A DNA stretch of 64,000 nt from Paragordius varius (Eukaryota; Animalia; Nematomorpha), in assembly GCA_964247055.1 (NCBI GenBank), contig OZ176054.1, positions 12,028,001 through 12,092,000 on the forward strand, read 5' to 3'. The notes below the pieces were generated by a model. The model was not told the origin of the DNA, ran no database searches, and saw nothing but the letters and a program-made list of their open reading frames with translations. Numbering within the stretch: the stretch's first letter is position 1; every line of letters starts with the position of its first letter. The position numbers and the translations under genes are program-made. Positions 41,368-51,804 of the stretch are shown piece by piece.

Positions 41368-42830
41368 TGGCATCCGCTATGGCTCTCTAAATAACTGTAC
41401 TTGAAATAGGTTTTTTGCGATTCATTATATCTTCAAATTCTTGAGATACGTCCAATTGGCAAATTCTTGCTCGATATCGGTATACAAATCAATAGCGACT
41501 TCATCCGACATAATTGGGAAAAGTACCTGGAAGGAGATTGGGAGGCTTTAGCACACACGAGTCCAATAGTGGGGTTAAATCATCAACGTGTGGAGGTGAT
41601 GGGGGCAATGGGTGGTAAAAGTCAAATGGAATTGTATTATGTATGGTTACCAGGGAAGATTGGGGTAAAATTTTTGGGTTACTGCGGATGAAAAGCTTTC
41701 AATGCAGATTTCCAGATGATGTCTGTGCAAAGAATGTTAGTTATATGGATTTAAATATATTTAAGGATTTGTTTTATGAGAGTATTGGATGTTACATGGG
41801 ACCACCTATCAAGTTGTTTCTGAAAAAAGGTAGCATCAAAAAAAGATTTGCAGCTCAGAGGAGACCCATTCCGCTTGAGGCTAAGGTGGAGAGGGAATTA
41901 AAAAGGCTCGAGAGTCTAGGTATTATTTAAGCCATAAACCCTCGCAGCGAATCGACTGGGTATCTCCGTTGGAGATAGTTAATAGAATGATAATGATATT
42001 CGCATATGTGGTGATTTTAAAGTTAGATTTAACCAAAGTTTGATTCCAGTCGATCATTTGATTCCGACTTTTAATTGGTTTTTCGAAATTGAACAGGAAA
42101 AAGTTTTTACGACCCTGGATCAAAAAGAGGCCTACTGACCAATGATCCACCAAACAAAAATCCTGTATAGGACGTTTTTGGATTTAAGAGACTTCCATTT
42201 GGAATTTTTATACACCCACCATATTTCAACAAATTATGGATGAGTTATTAAAAGATTATCCGGGTACGGCGGTTTATTTAGATGAAGCTACGGTAATGGA
42301 GTATAATGGCTTGGAAAAAGTTTTGAACAAATTAGCTTCTCTTGGTAGGAATTAAATGAGAATAAAATCCAATTAACTCGTTCTTCGGTGTCATTTTAAG
42401 GATAATCTCAGAAAATGGAATTAAACCTGATGAAAACGTAAAAACAATTTTGATTTTTCCTACACTTACCAATAAATCACTCCGGTCTTTCCTGAGAAAG
42501 TTGAATTTTCACGCTTGTTTTAATCCATTTTTGCATGCTACAATTGCGGACTTACATGCGCTAACAGGTTCTAAGAATGGTGTTGGTCGACAAAAGAAGA
42601 GATGGTTTTTGATAAAGCTAAACTGTTTGTGAGTAGGCCATTATGTCTAATACCGTTTAACCCGAACCTTCCATTGGTGTTGGAAACAGACGCAGCGAAT
42701 GACAGATTGGGAGCAGTCTTATCACATAACAGTAATGAAAAACGGCCGATAGCTTTTGCGTCTCGAAAATGTGTGAAGGGCATTGCTGGGTGATTGAAAA
42801 AAAGGAGGGGCAATTTATATGGGCTAGAAA
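41368..42830 (+). mobile_element. Ty3/Gypsy pol remnant, inverted relative to the adjacent copy
   Basis: ORFs 41643-41930 and 42602-42793, plus DIRICGDFK, TTLDQKEAY, AVYLDE and LVLETDAANDRLGAVLSH..RPIAFASRK. A possible LTR end and PBS (TACAACA-C-TGGCATCCG) at 41360-41376. Boundaries approximate. Confidence 0.85.
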
Positions 42831-43647
42831 TTTTTGTCATTCAATTTAATCAATTTTATTGTTTTATTGGTTCTCGAATAATCACATTTGAAAACTTTTC
42901 TAGCGCATATAATAGTGCCCTTTAACATATTAATTTTATACCACATAAATGATGCTTTCAAATCAAACTCTGTGATGGACTTCTCAATTTAACGAATGCT
43001 ATGAATGCGTCTGGGTTATTTAAAGAAATTTCCGCTTAGGTGAGACCCACCCACCATAATATTGGTTTTAAAATATTGATTTACATGAATGGCTAATTAG
43101 AAAAAAGAATTTTTCATTGATTTACAAATAGGCCAAGGGCGACAAACCGAATATTTGATTTTCAATTTAGGCCCACGCCGTGCAGAATATATCTTTTTGA
43201 TCTATTTTTTTATTTTCAAATTTTTGGAATTTAGAAATGATAGTTTTATCAGACAAACGCGTGGCCTACTACGCTAGTCGTAATATAAATAGATATCAAA
43301 CCAGGAATTAAAATTTCGATGATAATCCAAAGTATTAGCAAAATACGGAAAACATCCTTAACTGAAGATAAAATAAAGATATGAAATGCAATGTTAAAAT
43401 AAAGATATGAAATGGAATGTTAAAATAATTATTAAAAAATATTGTATACCTCATTACCCATCCTAATCGCACAACTTTGCCAAAATTATTTTAACAAAAA
43501 GCGTAAATTATTTTATCAAACAATTTAAATGGATGCACATTTTTAGGAAAATTAGTTTTCATTCAAATTTTTAAGATTTAATATATTTTATTACAGGTAA
43601 TGAACGTACAATTGCATTTTCCATTGACTAAAAGTATTCAATAAATT

Positions 43648-46600
43648 TCACCATTTGTTTGTAACTTGTAGGGCTGTTAATAACTTATCTGGTTTTACAC
43701 CTTCAAAACTGGTATAAAATAAGTCTTTGGAGTTTTCACTCTCATTAATTATTTGAGGATCGGTGGTGTTTAAATCATTTATGTGTTCATATATATTTTT
43801 TATTGCGGGGATTTGTTCTACGGGATTTGTAACATAATTTGACGACGTGCTATGATATTTTGCTGATAGCAATTTTTTATAAATAAGGTTATTGGATTTG
43901 GCCACAAAATTAGATTCTTGACCATTTAGTGTAGTAATCGTTTCATTAGTTTTATTATAACCAGCTTCCATATGTTGTGTGTCAGAACAATATGTTTCAA
44001 ATTCTTGAGTTAGAACATCTGTGGGTATAGATGTGTTTCGTATCTGTCCGCCACCATTTAGACAGCCTTATCATTATAATTATAATAAAATTAATGAATC
44101 ATAGATTTTTATTACTAGTTTAAATTACACAAAAAAATCAAATTATAAAATCATAAAAATTAAAATATGCCTTTTTTATAAGGAAATTATATTTTTCATC
44201 ATTGATTTTTGTATATAACATATATAATTACAAATGTGAAATACATGTTTGGCTTTACCAATTTTTACATTCTATTTCTTATTTTATGGCCCAAAAGTGT
44301 TTTTTTAAAAATTTAAGGCTTAATTTACCTTTTTCCTATAATATATGTTCTTTTATTCATGCTTTTACTGTATATATATATTCAAAAAATGATTTGTATT
44401 GTTATTAATGTATATTACCTCCTGGGCAAGCCATAATTTCAATGAAAAGATAAGGACATTTTTTGGTTCGTTTGTAGCGTTGTATAACATTTTGAATGTT
44501 TTTGAAACCGTAAGCTCGTGCAAACGTGAGTATGGGTTTATTTGGTACTTGTGTTGTATCTAATAACCGTATTTCCCGCATATCTTTATTCCTTAATTGT
44601 ACACACATTAAGTAAATTAATAATCATTTAAAGTAAAAATAAAATTGTACAAACAAAAAGTAATAACTAAAAATACAAATATTTTTTACAACAGGACAGA
44701 TACAGGCATACCCTTTAAACTTTAAAATTATATAATTGAGAGAATTAACAATTTGGATCTCTAATCCGTATTTTGTTACCCAATTTGATTTTTAATTAAT
44801 AAAATCAAGAAGGACGACATACTTACCCTTTGAAAACTAATGAAAACATTAATGTTGATGGAAAAAGAAAAAGGGGCGGCTATTCTTTTCTTATAATAAT
44901 AATAAAAATGGACCTGAATCAACGTCTCCTTACGATAGAACAATGTAAAGATCGAAAGCTGTGGAGGGAATTACACTGCGGTCAGAAAACTCTAAATATG
45001 GAGTCCTGAACCTTACCTACCTGCCTGCCTACTTAAGATGTAAAAAATATAGTTGCCTTTCAAAAAATATTTGTCTTTTAGTTTTTACATTTTACTGTAT
45101 ATAATTCGATAAACAGCGACCCTCCGTATAAAAAAACCGCTTATTTGTGAATACAGCGTCTGTAAAGTAATTCATGCTATTGATCCTACACTTTTACGAT
45201 AATAAAATGTTAAAATCACATAAAATTGAATTAAACCTCCCACAAAGTTACTGGCTTACGGGTATTTCGAAGCACTAACGAGACAAAAATTTAAATTTAA
45301 TTATTTTTATCCGTTAATAATATCCAACATTTTATAATATAAAAAACTCGTGGACGATACTATATGTTACCTGAAAAAAATAAATTAATTTTAAAAATAA
45401 TTAGTAAAACTTTAATTTTAAAAAATGGCTCTCAAAAAAAAGCGTTGTGATTCGAATTTTAAGCCATTTACCTTTCATAATCGACACATTATAAGAAGGT
45501 AGATATGGCCATTCTATATGATAACAACTAAATATAAAACACAATACTTACTTGAGCGTTAAAGTTTCAATTCGATAATTTCGTATTTGATTCAAGGGTG
45601 GGCTATCCATAAATTCATTGATACCAAAGCAATGTTTTGCAGCATAACGCATTATAAATTCGGCATAACCCCCTGAACCATCTCCCAAATGATTGTAATC
45701 AAAGGAAGTCAACCATTGAAGCGGTGAGTTTTTTTCTTCACACGGCTTCTTATTTTTGAATAAAATATGTTGAAATTATTCACAAGTAGCTAAAGATTTT
45801 TGAAATCTAAATTTAAGATGATATCTATTGGATACATATGGTAAATCAGGGGTGTTCAACAAGGGGTGCGGCGAAATCTCATCTGAGACCCGCGAAAAAT
45901 TTACATAATTTGCAAAAAAATAGGCTGACGAATTCTTATTTTTGCAAAAAATTTTCTGAAAAAGCCTATTCAATTAGCAACAAACATGTTAAACTTGTTT
46001 TCTGTTTGCATTTTACATACATTTTTATGTTTAAATCTAATCTAGTAAAATAATATTATTTAAATGCCCACATATAACGGAAAACTAGTCTTTACATGTT
46101 TTATTTTTTTTCACTCACTGTAAAAAATTAATTTATTACCACAATAGTCGGGTCAGACTGAGGTGCTAAAGTTCGGAATTCAGGACATTTTTGGTCTAAA
46201 AGATCCCTTATTTCTAGGGTTGATAAAACGCAATCAACATCTTTGTATGATAACATGTTGCTTTCTCTATTATCCAAAAAATTGGAGGGAGTCACCATAT
46301 TTTCTTCATTGTGCAAATGTTTGCCATGGGTAAATTGTTTGCGGGTAGCTTCCAATTTTTTATCATAACACGGCATAATGGATACGTGAAAAATATTTTT
46401 GGCATTGGGAATGATTTCAACATTGGGTGTTTTTGCAGACTCTAAAAAAGTGAAAAAATTTATGATTATCATAAAATCCAAAAAAAATCATAACAGTGTA
46501 TTAAAAAAGTTATAAAAATATGAAAAAATTTGAATTAAATTACTTATATGATATTTCAATTATTATTCAATTTCTTTTCCGATAATATCTAATATTATTA

Positions 46601-49600
46601 ACAAATATATTAGAACAATTATATTTTTATAAGTTTGATTATGAGGATTCCAACAATCTTTTCAAGCGATTCGCAGGAATGTTTTTTGGCAAATCTCGTT
46701 AACAACCCATTCTTAACAAATTTGTTTTATAAGGTTTGGCGGGTTGAACGATGTGACCAAAAAAATATTTAATTTGCATATAATAATTTGTATTCTCGTA
46801 AAATTTATTGAATTCAAACTATATCCAAAATTTTAGATACATAAGAGTATCTTTTTCAATGGATTAACTAAAATAAAAGAAAATAATAATAAGAATTTCA
46901 AATTTTGTTTTAATTAATCTTATTATTATTTTCTTTTATTTTAGTTAATCCATTGAAAAAGATACTCTCATGTATCGAAAATTTTGGATATAGTTTGAAT
47001 TCAATAAATTTTACGAGAATACAAATTATTATTTAAAAAAAATATTTAACTTGCATATAATAATAAATTCTTAAATTTCAAACTTTATAATCCGGTTTAA
47101 TATAGCTTAGTTTTAGTATATAAACTTCTAAAGCACGCTGAAAACAATCCATCAAAATCATTGGCTAAAAGAGATGACCTTAAAAAGTCTCATAATAACT
47201 AACTATTTATGATAAGCATTTATGGGCATTATAAAACAAATTTGGAGTATGCTATGCTAAGTTGTATTTGGTTTTATTGTTTGATTTAGCATAAACCTTG
47301 TATGTGATATTAACTCGCTATCTTTTCGGGAAAAATTGTCTTATTATTAATTTCTTGTAACAATGTTTTTTTATGATAAATCCACATCCCTTTTTTGATA
47401 TATATATATATATATAAAATCTGTTAAATAATTCACGAGTATATAAAAAAATGCCTATTATTATTTTTAATTTTAAAGAAAAAAAAACTCCTCAATAATT
47501 ATATAACTAAGGGATTTTATAAACAACAAAATGTGTAATTTTATAAATTAGTAATTGTGTATTTTGGGCATTACTTTATACCACATGCCAAATTTATCTG
47601 TACTAAATTAGATCCAACAAACAGATTAAAAATTTTGAATTCTGGTTATTTTTATTATCAATGATTTAAATATTTTACACATATTTGAGAACCTTAAAAT
47701 CTAACCCTTTAAATGTAATTTAACAAATTAAAAAATATTTTTCCGCCCATCATACATACAAAATAAATCCAAAAAAGTAAAATTAACAAAATACCATTAG
47801 CATGTTCAAGCGTTTGATTGTGGTAAAGATTTTGTGGGCTTAAGGCTAAAAAATTATCCTGGGATTTTAACATTGCCCCCATAACCTGTTGAGGGGAACG
47901 TACCCGACTCATGTGTGGAAGGATAAAGTTTGATAAACTTTTTTCGGCATAACAAACCCAACCAGGACATATACTAGATATGATTGGAAATTGAAGGCCA
48001 TCATTAGCTTTTGACCTTTGGATATATTCTATTTTTCAAGATCGATATATATATATATATGAAAAAACTAAAAGACAAATAATTTTTTGGAAAAAAACCA
48101 TATATACTAAACTATATATACTGTATTATCCGTTTGTGTATGTCGATAATTAACTAATATCCAAAAAATATGGTACTCTTTTTAGAAAATATATTGTAAT
48201 TTAGTTTTTACGCGATTGTATAAAATTTTAACTGTATCCCACTCATGATAAGCTTTCTTAAATAATAACGCCCACATAACAGTAAAAATTGAAATTAAAG
48301 GGAAAACGTAAAAATATAAAGACAAACATACTTTTTAAATCTTAATTTTTTTTGGATATAACTCATTGTTTTGAGCTGTAAATGAAATAGAGATGTATAT
48401 TGGTAACACAATCAATTATGTATTTTTTGATTGTAATGAAATGATTTTTATAGGATAAATTAAGGTTTGAAAAAAATATGGTTGTTTTTTAAAAAAAAAT
48501 CTTTATTTTTACGTTTTAGCTGTAAAATTTCAGTTTTTACTGTAATGCTGATCAACATGCACTCTTCTAATTATAAAATAGGACCCTAATATTTTGATTA
48601 TCTTTCAAAATTGAGCATACCATCCCACAAAATTACTAATTTATGGGGCATTTCGGCTGATCATGATCTAAAAATCAAAAAAATTTCTAAATTTTTAGAT
48701 GAAACTATTATTGATTGTCATATAATATAATAAATATAATATTTAATAAAAAATAATTTTTAATATTTTTTAATAGCGGTGATATTGTGGAAAATCTACT
48801 TTATTTTTATTATAATTGGGGACATTGTAGTAAAGGGGGGCAGGGGGGAAGTCGAATGTATAAGAAATAATATTTTAAAATTTTTAGAATAAATATAGAT
48901 TTTTATAGATGTAATAGTATTAAATTAATGAAAAGAATTGAAATAAAACAAATTTATCTTACCGTATCATCAAGCAAAAAATTGGGAGTTAATATTTGGT
49001 TTATAAATCTTTTTTAAATTATTTTACGGCGAACTTCACTTTAATATTAATATGTTATATAAAAAGTAATTACCTTCATCGTTAGTCCTATCTTCATTAA
49101 ACGTTGTTTGATAAAGGGAAACAAATTCTTTGGCTGATTCAAGCAAACTCATATTCCGCGCAAAAACACTGTTAACAAAGAGTTTAGTATCTGAATAACG
49201 GATAAAGAAATTATTTAGTTATATTATCAGTCATTTTATAGGGTATTATGCAAATAAGTCTAATAACAAAAAGTTTAGTATTTGAATAACGGATAAAGTA
49301 ATTATTTAGCAATATTATCATTCATTTTATAGGATATTATGCAAATAAGTCTAATAACAAAAAGTTTAGTATTTGAATAACGGATAAAGTAATTATTTAG
49401 CTATATTATCATTCATTTTATAGGATATTATGCAAATATATCAAATATTTTTTGTAAATTAGTTTCGCATTAAAATTATATGCGTTTCTTATAAGTTTTC
49501 CTAATTTAGGGATTTATAAAAATTAATTTATGGAGATTCAGATTCCATAAATATAAAAGAAAAAATCGGGCTAAATTTAAGGAATATGCACATAAAGAAT

Positions 49601-50418
49601 AAAATAAAGTACCGTAATGTTTTTGAAAGAAGTAGGATAAATTTTGTGCCGTTTTAAGCACAGACATATTGTAATAGATTGATAGTGAGGTAAGACTTTG
49701 TAATGAGCATGAGACTACAATAGGACGCCGTTGTTTAAACTAACAATTATTATTAAATATTATGTAGTGTAAAATTAAAATTATAATGACAGGACAAATA
49801 TATTTTGCTTATAAAGACATCCATACCTTTTTAAACCATTACTTGTTCCAATATAACTTAAGTGATATATCAAAATATAAATATTGCTACCAATTTAAAT
49901 TTTCATTCCAGAATTCGCCACCCAAAATTATAGCATTAACAAAAATTAGATTCAAAAAATATGCCAATCTATATTTAATATATATTTAGTATTTAAGTTT
50001 TGTCCTTATAATTTAAATAATTATTGTTTAGAAAAACATATTACTTGGGATATATTTATATTTTCCTCATACACTTTATTTAGTTCATCGACACTTTGTT
50101 GAGTTATTAAAACTGTTTCGGCCGATGTTACACAACCACTGCATGCAAGACAATCACTTAAAGTGATCTGAGCTTTTTTCAGAGGTAACTCTTTGCCTTT
50201 ATCGTCAATTTGAGTATATTTTCCATCCTTTATTCGAATACTATGTAGTTTAATGCTATCAGTTATAGTAGGAGACTCTACGGGTTTTATGCAATCCTAA
50301 ATTTTAACCATATATTATCAGATTATTAATATGGGAAAAAATATTAATTTACCTGAGACGGGGCGATATAATCATCTAAATCTACCAGTTTTAAAATTCC
50401 TCCGAAATTCGATACCAT
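43648..50418 (-). CDS. CIAO3: Cytosolic Fe-S cluster assembly component 3 (NARFL/IOP1/Nar1), about 628 aa, 9 exons
   Basis: Exons (minus) 50418-50353, 50296-50045, 49739-49613, 49190-49074, 48028-47795, 46441-46140, 45748-45552, 44591-44419, 44066-43648. Total 1887 nt, phases consistent. Motifs: LDDYIAPSQDCIKP, DCLACSGCVTSAE, SICPGW, SPQQVMG, IMPCYDKKLEA, GSGGY, AYGFKNIQN, EIMACPGGCLNGGGQ. Small additional exons in the long introns cannot be excluded. Confidence 0.93.
44800..45035 (+). mobile_element. RTE-type LINE 3' end in CIAO3 intron 7 (antisense to the gene)
   Basis: NVDGKRKRGR...KDRKLWRE remnant followed by a stop and a CCTA/CCTG microsatellite tail. Confidence 0.6.
46780..47032. repeat. 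Near-perfect inverted repeat (115-bp arms, 23-nt loop) in CIAO3 intron 5
   Basis: 46780-46894 is the reverse complement of 46918-47032, with about 2 mismatches. The arm is related to 3611-3700. Confidence 0.9.
49174..49438. repeat. 91-bp tandem repeat (about 2.9 copies) spanning a CIAO3 3' splice site
   Basis: Units offset by exactly 91 nt (CTG at 49191, TTG at 49282, TTG at 49373). Confidence 0.9.
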
Positions 50419-50456
50419 CGTTTACGCACACATTCGTTAAAACAAACGCAAAAAAC

Positions 50457-51206
50457 ATGCGTCTTCAAGATCCCGAATATTTTCCAAAGGAATTAAATAT
50501 TAAATTTATTCCTAATAGCATTGATACTTTCCATATTCTTATCATATTTTTTACAGCTTTCGGCTTTTTATTCATCGCTATTTGGAGATTTTATGAAAAT
50601 AAAAGTGTTAACCATAGATTTTTTATATTTTGGTTTACGATGTCCGGACTAATTCATTGCTTCCTGGAAGGATATCTTGTGTTAAATCACAAATCGGTAT
50701 CCATGGAAAACCATATATTTGCTCAAATTTGGAAAGAATATGCATATTCCGACAGCAGATACCTGATGTAATGATTGTTATTTTTAATTTATATATTTTT
50801 GCCTTATGCTATATAATAATTTAATTTTTTTAGCTCTGACCCTTTTACTATTTCTATGGAAGCTGTAACTGCCCTGATTGTTGGTCCACTCAGTTTACTT
50901 ACAGCTTATTTTTATATCCGAAATGACAAGAAATATCTAATTTATGGCCTTTTGGTGTCGCTGTGTCAATTATATGGTGACATTTTATACATTGGGACAA
51001 ATTGGTTCGAACATTTTAAATACACTTGTCCATACGATGGAATTTATTTTTGGTTTTATTTTATTGGTCTCAATGCACCTTGGATTATCATTCCAATCGA
51101 TTACATAGCTTACAGTATTAATGAGTTAACGAAATTTGTGGGATCTCAAACAATCACAAACACTACAACATCCTATAATGAAGATAAACCCCTAAAATGG
51201 GATTAA
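50457..51206 (+). CDS. EBP: 3-beta-hydroxysteroid delta8-delta7 isomerase (emopamil-binding protein), 227 aa
   Basis: Exons 50457-50767 and 50834-51206, with a 66-nt GT-AG intron. Motifs GLIHCFLEGY, WKEYAYSDSRY, SMEAVTA, GLNAPWIIIP. DSRY fits EBP rather than EBPL (DARW), from recalled sequences. Confidence 0.9.
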
Positions 51207-51315
51207 TATTCAAATATGCATTTTATTTTTTAACTAAACACAACACATATCATATTTATCTCAAATTTACAACGCAACATATGCATACATCAAAAAAAAG
51301 ATCAAAATGGATATG

Positions 51316-51789
51316 TTATTTAAATATATTTTTGCGTTTGTTATGGATTTGTTTTGGTGGTTTTATATTTAAACGTTTTACGAATTGGATGGTGGAACCA
51401 TGTGTAATTCCATAATCTTCAACATGTGCGTTATCTTGCATTAATTTTTTGTTTTGACATATTAGCCAAAACTCTTGCCAAATATGCTTCCAATTTATAT
51501 TGTGTTTTCCTGTGTTCAAAACTATCATTCGGTTGAGAACATGTTTAATGAGTGTTTTTAAGTCTTGTACGGTGCATTCAAAAGGGATATAGAGAGGTAT
51601 TAGGGTGTCATCAAACTTTTTTAAATTTACTGAGTAAGCTTCAAATTTTTCCCATGCGAGGATTGATTTGAGTTCAGGTATCGAAATAGAGGAATAAATA
51701 TCCGAAAGTATTGGTGTTTCTTTCAATATGTGGGTTAACTTTTTGCGTAAACTTTTAAGCGATTTTTGAGTACCTTTTTCCATGTTCAT
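51316..51789 (-). CDS. SNRNP25: U11/U12 snRNP 25 kDa protein (ubiquitin-like fold), intronless, 155-157 aa
   Basis: PILSDI..SIPELKS.LAWE..AYSVNLKKFD..IPLYI...TVQDLKTLI...HNINWKHIWQEFWL...KLMQD...EDYGI...TIQFVKRL follows the SNRNP25 pattern. Start at 51789 or 51783. Confidence 0.88.
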   Translation of the reverse strand: MNMEKGTQKSLKSLRKKLTHILKETPILSDIYSSISIPELKSILAWEKFEAYSVNLKKFDDTLIPLYIPFECTVQDLKTLIKHVLNRMIVLNTGKHNINWKHIWQEFWLICQNKKLMQDNAHVEDYGITHGSTIQFVKRLNIKPPKQIHNKRKNIFK

Positions 51790-51804
51790 TCATTTATTCA
51801 AAAA

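Noticed and set aside
48963-49038. Exon-like segment flanked by AAAG and GTAAGA in CIAO3 intron 4
   Set aside because: All three frames contain stops and the phase does not fit. Exon 4 joins exon 5 in frame without it.
50331-50456. N-terminal 42 aa of ORF 50331-50771 as part of EBP
   Set aside because: It is antisense to CIAO3 exon 1 and intron 1, and EBP homology starts at Met 50457. Kept only as a possible minor isoform.
43648-51789. CIAO3-SNRNP25 linkage as ancient synteny (both are on human 16p13.3)
   Set aside because: They are not neighbours in human, and the other genes here map elsewhere. One pair is not evidence without a multi-species analysis.
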